DNA of 44,943 nt from Vulcanimicrobiota bacterium (GTDB lineage: Bacteria > Vulcanimicrobiota > Vulcanimicrobiia > Vulcanimicrobiales > Vulcanimicrobiaceae), in NCBI GenBank assembly GCA_003135555.1, contig PLCF01000031.1, positions 576-45,518 on the forward strand, written 5' to 3'. A program made the translations under genes and the position numbers. The notes beneath the pieces were generated by a model. That model searched no databases and had not been told where the DNA came from. It worked only from the letters and a program-made list of their open reading frames with translations. Shown one piece after another: positions 35,024 to 43,981 of the stretch (positions are counted from its first letter, which is position 1; each line of letters opens with the position of its first letter).

Positions 35024-35886
35024 AGCAAAAACGTATCAGCCTGATCGTGGCCGTCGTCTTGGCCGTCGCGACGGGCCTGTTCACCCTGAACTACCTGTCC
35101 TCGGTGCGCCGCACCGCCGCGCTCGAAGTGCAAGCGCAGCGCGAGGTCGTCATCGCCGACCGGGACATCCCGGCGCGCGTGGTCATCAGCGCCGACATGC
35201 TCCGCCATGCCCAGCGCCGCGCATCCGAAGTCGAGCCCGGCGCGATCCTCGACGCCGCCAAGGCGGTCGGAACCTACTCGCTCATCAGCATCCCGGCCGG
35301 CAGCACGATCACGAGCTCAAAGGTCGGCCGCCCGCAGAACGTCGCCTTGTCCGTGGTACTCAAGCCCGGGATGCGTGCGATTTCGATCGCCGCCGACAAA
35401 GTCAAAGACGTCGCCGGCCTGATTCAGCCCGGCGACCGGGTCGACGTGATCGCCATCCCGGCTCGCGTCGGTGTCGAAACGCCGCAAGCGCGTACGATCT
35501 TGCGTGGCGCCCTCGTCCTGGCCTTGGGCGGACAGCTCGAGAACTCGGCGCCGGTGGCGGCGGCTGACGCGCAAAACGTCGCTACGGTGACACTCGGCGT
35601 GAGCCCCGCGCAAGCCGATCTGCTGGCGAGTGCCGACATCAACGCGACACTGCGCTTGGCCCTGCGCTCGCCGGTCGAGTCGCAGCGCTCGCTGCCGGTC
35701 GAAAAGCTTGTCCTGCCCGCACCGTTGCGCAAGGTTCCACCGCCGCCGCTGGCCGGATTGTTCGGCGCGCAGATGCCGCCCGCGCTCGCCGCCCTGCCGC
35801 GACTGCTCCCGGTTGCGCCGCACCCTGCGGCGCGAAAATCAGTGCAGCACGGCGTCGTCGTGATCGACGGCGCGACCGCGAACTAG
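35020..35886 (+). CDS. cpaB: Flp pilus assembly protein CpaB/RcpC
   Basis: SAF-like VVIADRDIP, PGMRAISI, VAGLIQPGDRVDV, LRLALR. Confidence 0.93.
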   Translation: MKQKRISLIVAVVLAVATGLFTLNYLSSVRRTAALEVQAQREVVIADRDIPARVVISADMLRHAQRRASEVEPGAILDAAKAVGTYSLISIPAGSTITSSKVGRPQNVALSVVLKPGMRAISIAADKVKDVAGLIQPGDRVDVIAIPARVGVETPQARTILRGALVLALGGQLENSAPVAAADAQNVATVTLGVSPAQADLLASADINATLRLALRSPVESQRSLPVEKLVLPAPLRKVPPPPLAGLFGAQMPPALAALPRLLPVAPHPAARKSVQHGVVVIDGATAN

Positions 35887-35888
35887 CC

Positions 35889-37952
35889 GTGCGCATCCTC
35901 ACCTTCATCGGCGCCAAGGGCGGCTCCGGAACCTCGACGCTGGCGCTCGAAGCCGCGCGCGAGATCCAGAAGCTCGCGCCGGCTGCGCTCGTCGACGGAG
36001 ACCTGTCGGGACGCCGCAGCATCGCGGTCCTGCTCGACGCGGTACGCACCTTCGACGGCTTGCGCCTCGAAGGCGCGCTCCCCATCGCGCTGGTCAACGG
36101 ACTGCGCGTCGTCGAGCTCGTCGACAAGCTGGCCTTGTCGTTTTCGTTGCGCGCGGAGCAGGTCGAGCAGATCGTGGCGGAACTCGGCGACGTGGAGACG
36201 ATCGTCGTCGACGCCTCGCAGGCGTTCGCCGGCGCCCTGCAGCCGCTGATGTCGCGCACCACCAAGTTCTTGGTCGTCGTCGAGCCCAACATGCTCGGCA
36301 TCACGGGCGCACGCGCGCTCATCGCCGACCACTTGCGCTCGGTCCCGCAGCACCGCATCGGCGTGGTGATCAACATCCGCGACCCCCGCGCCGTCGAGGT
36401 CTCGCGGCGCGAGGTAGAGCGCCTGCTCGAACTCCCCGTGCTGGCCGAGATTCCGGCCCGCAGCGACCGTGGCTACCTCAAAGCCGTGTCCGCGCTCGCG
36501 CAACAGATCGCACACCTGGCCCCCGACGCGGAGCTGCTCGATTTAATCGTGAGCAAGACCCCGATCGGCGAGCGCCGGACCGACGCCCGCCGCGACGAGA
36601 TGCGCGCCGCCGACCGCAAGGCCGCGCAACTCTCCGCCCTGGACGGCGAAGGTGATGACGAACGGCGAGCTTGGGAAGCCCTGAAGATCGAGATCCACAA
36701 CGATCTGGCCAAGCACGTCGACGCCGCGACGGTCGCGGATTCCGACAAGCGCAAGATCGCGGAGATGCGCGAGCACGTCCTCGACTTCGTGCAACGCCTG
36801 CTGATCGTTCAGCCGGGCCGCATCTCGATGGAGCTGATCAAACCGCTGTGCGACGAGGTCATGGACGAAGTCGTCGGCTACGGCCCGCTCGAAGGGCTGC
36901 TCGCCGATCCCGACATCTCCGAGATCATGGTGAACGGCCCCAAGAAAATTTTCGTCGAACGGTTCGGGAAGCTCCAGCTGACCGACAAGTCGTTTCTCGA
37001 CGAGCGCCAGCTCAGGCTCATCATCGAGCGCATCATCGCCCCCATCGGCCGGCGCGTTGACGAAGCCGTGCCGATGGTCGACGCGCGGCTGCCCGATGGC
37101 TCGCGCGTGAACGCCATCATCGAACCGGTTTCGCTGGACGGCCCCACGGTCACGATTCGCCGCTTCGGCACGAAGCGGCTCGAAATCGAAGATCTGGTCC
37201 GCCTCGGCGCCGTCTCGCCGGCGGTGGTCGAGCTGCTGCGCGCCGCAGTGCAAGGGCGCCTCAACATCGTCGTCAGCGGCGGAACCGGGTCGGGCAAGAC
37301 CACCTTCCTCAACGTCCTCTCCGGTTTCATCCCACCCGGCGAACGAATCGTCACCATCGAGGACGCCGCCGAGCTGCGTTTGATCCAAGACCACGTCGTG
37401 CGCCTGGAATCCCGGCCGCCCAACATCGAGGGGACCGGCGAGATCAAGATTCGCGACCTGGTTCGCAACGCGTTGCGCATGCGGCCGGACCGCATCATCG
37501 TCGGCGAGTGCCGCGGCGGCGAGGCCCTCGACATGCTCCAAGCCATGAACACCGGACATGACGGATCGCTCACCAGCGTGCACGCCAACTCACCGCGCGA
37601 CGCGCTCTCGCGCATCGAGACGCTGGTCATGATGGCGGGGTTCGACCTGCCCGTGCGGGCGATTCGCGAGCAGATCTGCAGCGCGGTCGACATGATCATC
37701 CAAACCGCGCGCTTGCGCGACGGCAGCCGCAAGATCATGAGCATCAGCGAGGTCGTCGGCATGGAAGGCGACATCATCACCATGCAAGAGATCGTCAGCT
37801 TCAAACAGATGTCGATGATCGACGAGCTCGTGGTGGGCGAATTTCAATACAGCGGCGTTCAGCCGCAGTGCATGCCGCGCTTCAGCGAGCTGGGCATACC
37901 GTTCGACATCACGCAACTCTCGGCGCTGCCGGCGGCGGCGGGACTCTGGTGA
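35889..37952 (+). CDS. cpaF: TadZ/CpaE-like MinD domain fused to TadA/CpaF assembly ATPase
   Basis: N-terminal IGAKGGSGTST deviant P-loop; C-terminal SGGTGSGKTT, TIEDAAEL, LRMRPDRIIVGE, AMNTGHDG. Confidence 0.93.
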   Translation: MRILTFIGAKGGSGTSTLALEAAREIQKLAPAALVDGDLSGRRSIAVLLDAVRTFDGLRLEGALPIALVNGLRVVELVDKLALSFSLRAEQVEQIVAELGDVETIVVDASQAFAGALQPLMSRTTKFLVVVEPNMLGITGARALIADHLRSVPQHRIGVVINIRDPRAVEVSRREVERLLELPVLAEIPARSDRGYLKAVSALAQQIAHLAPDAELLDLIVSKTPIGERRTDARRDEMRAADRKAAQLSALDGEGDDERRAWEALKIEIHNDLAKHVDAATVADSDKRKIAEMREHVLDFVQRLLIVQPGRISMELIKPLCDEVMDEVVGYGPLEGLLADPDISEIMVNGPKKIFVERFGKLQLTDKSFLDERQLRLIIERIIAPIGRRVDEAVPMVDARLPDGSRVNAIIEPVSLDGPTVTIRRFGTKRLEIEDLVRLGAVSPAVVELLRAAVQGRLNIVVSGGTGSGKTTFLNVLSGFIPPGERIVTIEDAAELRLIQDHVVRLESRPPNIEGTGEIKIRDLVRNALRMRPDRIIVGECRGGEALDMLQAMNTGHDGSLTSVHANSPRDALSRIETLVMMAGFDLPVRAIREQICSAVDMIIQTARLRDGSRKIMSISEVVGMEGDIITMQEIVSFKQMSMIDELVVGEFQYSGVQPQCMPRFSELGIPFDITQLSALPAAAGLW

Positions 37953-38806
37953 TGGATCCCATCCTCCTCATCGTCATCGGTTTGACGGCAGCGGTCGGCT
38001 TGGGCGCCTTCACCTTCGGCGGCGCGCTGCTCGATCCGGTGCGCAAGCTGATCGCGTCGTTCGAAGCCAAGGCCAAGGGCACCAACGTCTCGATGAACGT
38101 CACCAAGCTGGTGGGCATCGCGGCGGGGGTTTCGCTGTGCATCGCCGCGCTGGTGATCCTGTTCTTTCAACCGCCGATGCTCGTCGACGTGGGCGTGGTC
38201 GCGCTGTCGGCCGCGGGTGCGTACTGGGGCATGGGCACATGGTTGAAGCTGCGGTTCAAGGGGCGCCAAAAGGCGTTCTTGAGCCAGCTCGAGATGGCGC
38301 TGCGGATGATGTCGAGCTCGCTGCGCGTCGGCCTGGGGCTGCGCCAGGCGATCGTGATCGTAACCGAAGAGCTCGCCGACCCGGCCCGGCACGAGTTCTT
38401 GCGGGTCATCGGCCGGACCAACATCGGCATCGGCATCCTCGACGCGATCGATGAGGTCGCGGACCGGATGCCCAGCCCCGAGATGGTGTTGAGCGCGCGC
38501 GCGATCCGCGTGCAGTCCAAGACCGGCGGCGATCTTGCCAAGGTCCTCGAAGGCGTGGCCGACACGATCCGCGCGCGGCGCGGTCTGGTCGCCAAAATGC
38601 GCTCGCTGACCGCCGAAGGGCGCGCCAGCGGGATGATCATCCTCGCGCTCCCGCTGGTGATCGGCGCGTTCATCATGCTGACCCAACCGGCGATGGGGCA
38701 TGCACTGCTCTTCACCAAGATCGGACTCTCGTCGCTCGGCCTGGTGGCCGCGCTGGAGATCGCCGCCGGCTTGTCGCTCAACAAGATCATGGCGTTCGAC
38801 GTATGA
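37952..38806 (+). CDS. tadB: TadB platform protein
   Basis: FLSQLEMAL...LRVG, VQSKTGGDLAKVL, LTAEGRASG. Confidence 0.9.
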   Translation: MDPILLIVIGLTAAVGLGAFTFGGALLDPVRKLIASFEAKAKGTNVSMNVTKLVGIAAGVSLCIAALVILFFQPPMLVDVGVVALSAAGAYWGMGTWLKLRFKGRQKAFLSQLEMALRMMSSSLRVGLGLRQAIVIVTEELADPARHEFLRVIGRTNIGIGILDAIDEVADRMPSPEMVLSARAIRVQSKTGGDLAKVLEGVADTIRARRGLVAKMRSLTAEGRASGMIILALPLVIGAFIMLTQPAMGHALLFTKIGLSSLGLVAALEIAAGLSLNKIMAFDV

Positions 38807-39663
38807 CCATCATGACGTTGTCGCCGCTGGCGATGGTGCTGATGACCGTCGCCGGCGCGTGCGCGGTCTTCGCGCTCATCGCGGCCTTCATGCCCAAAGG
38901 CAACCCGGTCGGAAACCGCATGCGCGACCTGGCCGGAGGCTGGGAGATCGGCGCCGATCAGCGGACGGTCGAAAAGTTCATCACCTTCGAGCAACGCGGC
39001 AAGTTGCAGCACCAGCTCGCGCAGGCCGGATGGTACACCGTGACGCCGGCCCGGCTGATCGTGCGCTGCGTGTTGTTCGGCGTCGCCGCGCTGGTGGTCG
39101 GCGTCGGGTTCTTCATCCTGTTGCAGCTCGACGGATTCGTCTACATGGGGCTCATCGCGCTGGTGACCGTCGGCGCTGCCCAGCTTCCGCTGTCGCGCTT
39201 GAACGGCGCCGTCGCAAAGCGCAAGAAAGAGATCGCGCGGGCGTTGCCGGATCTGCTCGACATGTTGTCGAGCACCGTCCAGGCGGGGCTCGCGTTCAAC
39301 GCCGCGCTGGCGTACGCGGTGCCGGGTGTGAGCGGCCCGCTCGGGGACGAGCTGCGGGCGGTGCTGTCGGAGATTCGCGTCGGGCGCAGTCGCGCCGACT
39401 CCTTGCGCGCGATGGCGGAACGCGTCGACCAGGAAGAGCTCAAGACGACGGTGCGCGCGATCGTGCAGTCGGAACGCTTGGGCTCCAACTTGTCCAAAGT
39501 GTTGGAAGACCTCGGCACCGAGTCGCGCCAGCACCGCTTGCTGCGCGGCGAAGAGATCGCGGCGAAGCTGCCGGTCTTGATGGTCATCCCGATGGCGTTC
39601 TTCATGCTGCCGGCGCTGTTCACGATGATCTTCGGCGCCGTGCTGGCGGACTATTTCAAATGA
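38803..39663 (+). CDS. tadC: TadC platform protein
   Basis: LPDLLDML...AGLAF, QSERLG, EEIAAKLPV...P...F.LPALF. Confidence 0.9.
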   Translation: MTIMTLSPLAMVLMTVAGACAVFALIAAFMPKGNPVGNRMRDLAGGWEIGADQRTVEKFITFEQRGKLQHQLAQAGWYTVTPARLIVRCVLFGVAALVVGVGFFILLQLDGFVYMGLIALVTVGAAQLPLSRLNGAVAKRKKEIARALPDLLDMLSSTVQAGLAFNAALAYAVPGVSGPLGDELRAVLSEIRVGRSRADSLRAMAERVDQEELKTTVRAIVQSERLGSNLSKVLEDLGTESRQHRLLRGEEIAAKLPVLMVIPMAFFMLPALFTMIFGAVLADYFK

Positions 39664-40271
39664 ACGTCCTCATCGTGCTCGGCGTAGCAGCCGCGTTCGG
39701 CGCAGCGGCGTTGGGCGGCGTCTATCTGGCCCGCCGCATCTGCGCCGGCATCACCCCGTTCGAGGACGGCCCCCGCACGGGCCGCCCACCGGCCTCGCTG
39801 CTGGTCGCGGTCGCAGCCGCGGCGGGCGCCTTCGAAGCGTGGCGCGGCGTCACCGGCGCCGAACTCGTCATCGTCGCGGCCTTGGCTTGCGTGCTCGTTG
39901 CGATCTGGTGCAGCGACGTACGCTGCGGCATCGTCCCCGACGCCTTCACGCTCGTGCCGCTGGCAGCGGTCATCATCACCGCCGTTGCGCTGCAGCAATG
40001 GTGGGTCGTCGCCTCGGCGGCGATCGTGTTCGTGCCCTTCGCCGGCGCGGCCATCGCGTCGCGCGGCCGCGGCATGGGATGGGGCGACGTCAAGCTCGTC
40101 GCGCTCGGCGGTGCCGTCCTCGGCTACGAAGCCGCGATCTTGGGTTTCGGGCTGGCGTGCGCCGCGGCCGTGCTGGTCGCGCTCGCGCGCCGGCGCGGCA
40201 GCGAACCGATCGCGTTCGCACCGTATCTGGTCGCGGCGATCGCGATCCCACTCGTCCTTCGCAGCGGGTGA
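39660..40271 (+). CDS. Second prepilin peptidase (A24, PilD C-terminal type)
   Basis: SDVRCGIVPD, GMGWGDVKL, IAFAPYL. Confidence 0.87.
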   Translation: MNVLIVLGVAAAFGAAALGGVYLARRICAGITPFEDGPRTGRPPASLLVAVAAAAGAFEAWRGVTGAELVIVAALACVLVAIWCSDVRCGIVPDAFTLVPLAAVIITAVALQQWWVVASAAIVFVPFAGAAIASRGRGMGWGDVKLVALGGAVLGYEAAILGFGLACAAAVLVALARRRGSEPIAFAPYLVAAIAIPLVLRSG

Positions 40272-41728
40272 GCCGCGCCGCCTGGGCGCTGCCGCTGGCC
40301 GTCGTCGCGTTCTTCGCGGTGCGCTTCGGCATCGTCGCGGTGTACGGTCCGCCCGCCGACGGCGATCTGGCTTGGCAAACCTGGCTCGGCAATCAGATTC
40401 TCGCAAACGCACGCCTGCCGGCGGCATTGGGTCACGAAACCTTCACCGCGGCCGGCAGCGCATGGCTGCCGCAAGAATGGGCCTTCAGCATCGCCGCAGC
40501 GCTGGCGGGGCGTCTCGCTCTGGGCTGGCTGCTGGCGCTGGTGGCGGCGGGCTGTGCGAGTGCCGCGTTGGCCGTCGTCGTCATACGCGCGGCGCGTGCG
40601 CACGCAGCGGCGCCGGCGACGGCGCTCGTGCTGCTGCCCGTCGCGCTCGCGCTCGGCGCCTCGTTCGGCGTTCGCGCGCAAGTCGTCGCGTGGCTGCTGC
40701 TCGTCGTGTTCGTCGCCGCGCTCGAGTGGGAAGCCGGTTGGCTCGTCTGCGGCGCGATCGTAGCGCTGTGGGCCAACCTGCACGCCAGCGCCGTGTTGGC
40801 CCCGGTGCTCGCGTCGGCGTGGGCGCTCGGCGTCGTCTGGCGCGAGCGCCGGCTGTGCGCGAACGTCCGGCGCAGCGTTCTGTGCGCCGTCGCGGCGTCG
40901 ATCGCGGTCGGCCTCAACCCGTTCGGATTCGGTTTGGTCGGCTACGCCGCCGCGCTCACGCACAGTCCCATCAAGGATTTCATTCGCGAGTGGCAACCGT
41001 CGGCGATCTCCGATGCGTCGTTCGCATTGGGCGCGCTGCCGCTGCTGATCGCGACGGCGGTCTGGGCGTTGCAGGAAGGCCGCAGGTCGCCTGAGCGCTT
41101 GCTCCTGCTGGCCGTCGCCACGGCGCTGCTGTGCACCGCGGCGCGCAACGCTGCGGTGTTCGCACTCGTGGCCGCGCCGTATGCGGCGCGCGGGATCGGC
41201 CTCGCGCTCGCGCGCATCGGCGTCGCGCCGCGGCCGATCGGATCGTTCCCCGCGCTGGGTGCGGCGGCTGCGGTGCTCGCGCTCACCGTCGCGGGCGGGA
41301 TCGCCCTGTTGCGCTCTCCGGCGCCGGCGTCCGATGCGGTCACCTTGATCGCTCTCTTGCAGCGGCAGCCCGGCGAACATCGCTTGTTGTGCCAAGACTA
41401 TGCCTGGTGCGGGGGCGCCGTCGGCGCGCCGGGGATCCGCGTGTTCCTCGACGGTCGCGCCGATCCGTATCCCCTGGAAGTCTGGCGCGCCGCGTTTCGG
41501 ATCGCGCGCCGCGAGCCGGGCTGGCAGCAGACGCTGCGCGCCTACGCGGTCGACGCGGTCATCGCCGACGGGAACACGCGACTCGGCGCCGCGCTGCGCA
41601 CGTCGCCCCAGTGGCGCACCGCCGCCAGCGCCGGCGTCTACCGCTTGCTCCTACGCGGTGGGCAAGCGCCGGGAGCGCGTCCCGGCAATCCCAACCTTGC
41701 TCGGTTGCCAGGTATGATAGGAGAGTAA
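40268..41728 (+). CDS. Polytopic membrane protein, putative GT-C-type glycosyltransferase
   Basis: DGDLAWQTWLG after TM1, WLPQEW, WANLH, LNPFG, IREW, FLDGRADPY; many TM helices; coupled to tad operon. Confidence 0.6.
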   Translation: MSRAAWALPLAVVAFFAVRFGIVAVYGPPADGDLAWQTWLGNQILANARLPAALGHETFTAAGSAWLPQEWAFSIAAALAGRLALGWLLALVAAGCASAALAVVVIRAARAHAAAPATALVLLPVALALGASFGVRAQVVAWLLLVVFVAALEWEAGWLVCGAIVALWANLHASAVLAPVLASAWALGVVWRERRLCANVRRSVLCAVAASIAVGLNPFGFGLVGYAAALTHSPIKDFIREWQPSAISDASFALGALPLLIATAVWALQEGRRSPERLLLLAVATALLCTAARNAAVFALVAAPYAARGIGLALARIGVAPRPIGSFPALGAAAAVLALTVAGGIALLRSPAPASDAVTLIALLQRQPGEHRLLCQDYAWCGGAVGAPGIRVFLDGRADPYPLEVWRAAFRIARREPGWQQTLRAYAVDAVIADGNTRLGAALRTSPQWRTAASAGVYRLLLRGGQAPGARPGNPNLARLPGMIGE

Positions 41729-41736
41729 GCGAGCGA

Positions 41737-41757
41737 AGGGTTGGCCTTGGCAACCCT
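41737..41757. repeat. Inverted repeat AGGGTTG-N7-CAACCCT (operator or terminator candidate)
   Basis: Perfect 7-bp arms upstream of the antitoxin promoter. Confidence 0.45.
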
Positions 41758-41761
41758 CTAC

Positions 41762-41791
41762 TTGTCATGGAAAAACTTGATGGTATAAACT
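41762..41791 (+). promoter_or_regulatory. Sigma70-type promoter giving leaderless antitoxin mRNA
   Basis: TTGTCA...TGGTATAAACT, then 6 nt, then ATG 41798. Confidence 0.6.
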
Positions 41792-41797
41792 ATATTC

Positions 41798-42757
41798 ATG
41801 ACAGATGTGAGGGCGTTGCGAGGCGCCGGACGCCGTGAGCTGGCTCAGCTTGCGGGCAAGGGGAACGGCATTTTCACGGCCTCTGCCGCTCGGGCAATCG
41901 GCTTGAGCTCCAGCACGCTCGCTTATCACTCGCGCACGGGATCGGTCGAGCGGCTGGGGCACGGCGTCTATCGCATCGCCGACTACCCGTCGAGTCCTCA
42001 GGAGCCGCTTATTGCTGCAGCGGCTGCGCTGGGCAAGGACGCCATCGTCTCTCACGAATCTGCGCTCAAGCTGTACGGCGTATCGGACGTCGCACCCTCA
42101 CGGCTGCATTTCACCCTCCCGCGCGCTCGCCGCTACGTCACCGCACCGGCCGCCGATGTCGAGTTGCATACGACGACACGCCCGTTCGCGCCGGGCGACG
42201 TTGTGCAGCACGAAGGGTTCCGTGCAACCTCGCTGGCTCAGTCGATCGTTGACGCGGCACGCGCACGTACTGACCCCGAGCAAATCGCCATGGCCGTGCG
42301 AGAGGGCATGCGTCGCGGTCTCGTTACCAAACGCGATCTGGAACGCGCAATACAAACCGCACCCGCGCGCGTCCGCCGCCTCATCGAAGGCGGGCAGTCC
42401 GCGTACGTTGAGGTCATGAACGACCGCGTCGCGGATGCGACCCATCTCTATCAGACCAACGACCACATTGCTTTGGCTCTGGGCCGGCTTGCCGCGCAGC
42501 GCCTTTCACCCGACGGCATCGCCGCGTTTCGAAGATTTGTTCAGCGCGAGCAGAGGCTTCACCACGACAATAAGTACCTTCGCCTCTGGATCGACATCAT
42601 CAATCGCGGCGCGGACGCCCTCCGCCAAGCGCTTACGGAGTCGACCCAACGTGGCCAAGTTCTGCGTTCCGTCATCTCATTTCGCGCCTTCGTCAGCAAA
42701 GCCGAACGCGATGACATCTTCCGCCAATACACCCGCTCTTCGGGCGTCGCGCGCTGA
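41798..42757 (+). CDS. Type IV TA AbiEi-family antitoxin with extra C-terminal domain
   Basis: GIFTASAARAIG, ERLGHGVYR, IVSHESALKLYG, ATSLAQSIVD; about 113 extra residues from M at 42416. Confidence 0.82.
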   Translation: MTDVRALRGAGRRELAQLAGKGNGIFTASAARAIGLSSSTLAYHSRTGSVERLGHGVYRIADYPSSPQEPLIAAAAALGKDAIVSHESALKLYGVSDVAPSRLHFTLPRARRYVTAPAADVELHTTTRPFAPGDVVQHEGFRATSLAQSIVDAARARTDPEQIAMAVREGMRRGLVTKRDLERAIQTAPARVRRLIEGGQSAYVEVMNDRVADATHLYQTNDHIALALGRLAAQRLSPDGIAAFRRFVQREQRLHHDNKYLRLWIDIINRGADALRQALTESTQRGQVLRSVISFRAFVSKAERDDIFRQYTRSSGVAR

Positions 42758-43332
42758 TGCGCAAGAGAGACGTCTTCGACATCATCTTGAAGGCGGCCGA
42801 AGTTAGCGGATACACGGAGTTCGTCATAATCGGTTCCCAGGCGGTACATGGGACATTGCCTGATCCCGATATCGATGTGGTCATCGGTTCGAACGACGTA
42901 GACACATACCCGTCTCACGGATACGGCGAAACTAGCCTCGTCTACGAAGAATTGATGCTGCGTCTCGGACAGGACTCCGACTACCATATCGCCACCAACG
43001 TCTACATCGAGGCAGTGCCGGCGAACCTTGCACGATTCCCCGCGGACTGGCGCGGTCGCGCGATCACGGAAATTGTCGGGGCCGCGGAGATCAACGGCGA
43101 GTCATGCGACGTCAACGCCATCTTCCCGGAGATTCATGACTTGACCGTGTCGAAGCTGAGCATTCGACGCCAGAAGGATCTCGAGTTCTTGCAGGGTGTC
43201 GTCGACCTCAACCTGGTTGACCACGAGACGCTGTGTCAGAGGTTCCGGTGCGCACCCAATATCCCAAACGAACGGCTGATCGCAGGGCTAGCTGATATTA
43301 GCGAGGCGTTCGACCGCCGGAACCGCAGCTGA
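42757..43332 (+). CDS. DUF6036-like nucleotidyltransferase (putative toxin)
   Basis: FVIIGSQA...SNDVD, FPADWRGR, HDLTVSKL..RRQKDLEF; TGATG coupling. Confidence 0.75.
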   Translation: MRKRDVFDIILKAAEVSGYTEFVIIGSQAVHGTLPDPDIDVVIGSNDVDTYPSHGYGETSLVYEELMLRLGQDSDYHIATNVYIEAVPANLARFPADWRGRAITEIVGAAEINGESCDVNAIFPEIHDLTVSKLSIRRQKDLEFLQGVVDLNLVDHETLCQRFRCAPNIPNERLIAGLADISEAFDRRNRS

Positions 43333-43374
43333 CAATGGTCGCTTCCGGCAACTCCGCCGCCGCTACTGCGCCGC

Positions 43375-43815
43375 TCAGCTCAGGCCGATGCCGTGGCGGG
43401 CGAGGCCGGCGCAGCGCGCGCAGCGGCCGCTGATCACCAGGGTGGCGTCGACGCCGCTGTAACGGTTGTCCTGCGCCACCGCCAGGGCGATCGCGGCGAC
43501 TTGCGGCGCGGGGACGTTCACGATCTCGCCGCACGCCAGGCAGACCAGGTGATGGTGCTTGTCGAGGGCGGCCTCGTAGCGCGCCGCGCCGCCGTGGGCG
43601 AACACTTGCACCAGGCCGATCGCGCGCAGGATATCGAGCGTGCGGTAGATCGTTCCCAAGCTGACGGCAGGAAGCTCGACCCGGACGCGCTCGTGGATGG
43701 CCTCGGCGGTGAGGTGGGCACCGTCTTCGAGTGCGCGCAGAATCGCCGCACGCTGCTTCGTCAGACGGTAGCGTGTCTGCAGGAGTCCTGCGTCGACCCC
43801 CTTGCCGTCGGTCAC
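43375..43815 (-). CDS. Fur/PerR-family regulator
   Basis: RLTKQRAAIL, HLTAE, SLGTIYRTL, HHHLVCLACG, GRCARC; GGAGG before GTG 43815. Confidence 0.93.
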   Translation of the reverse strand: MTDGKGVDAGLLQTRYRLTKQRAAILRALEDGAHLTAEAIHERVRVELPAVSLGTIYRTLDILRAIGLVQVFAHGGAARYEAALDKHHHLVCLACGEIVNVPAPQVAAIALAVAQDNRYSGVDATLVISGRCARCAGLARHGIGLS

Positions 43816-43874
43816 GAACGTCCTCCGTGCATCCGGCCGTCGAGCCCCATCGGCGCGGACGACCACAGCGCCGT

Positions 43875-43903
43875 TTGACGCTGTCCGGCCCCCATGCTAC
43901 GAT
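43875..43903 (+). promoter_or_regulatory. Sigma70-type promoter of secD
   Basis: TTGACG-N17-TACGAT with TGn extension. Confidence 0.7.
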
Positions 43904-43981
43904 CCGGGGGTTCTCCCCTTCCCCGCCCTTTCGCCCGCTCAGCCTCACTGAGTGCGAGGGGCTCAGGCCTCATTTACTAAC

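Noticed and set aside
41681..43357. Possible target-site duplication around the TA module (CCGGCAATCCC vs CCGGCAACTCC)
   Set aside because: Too short and imperfect to exceed chance in GC-rich DNA
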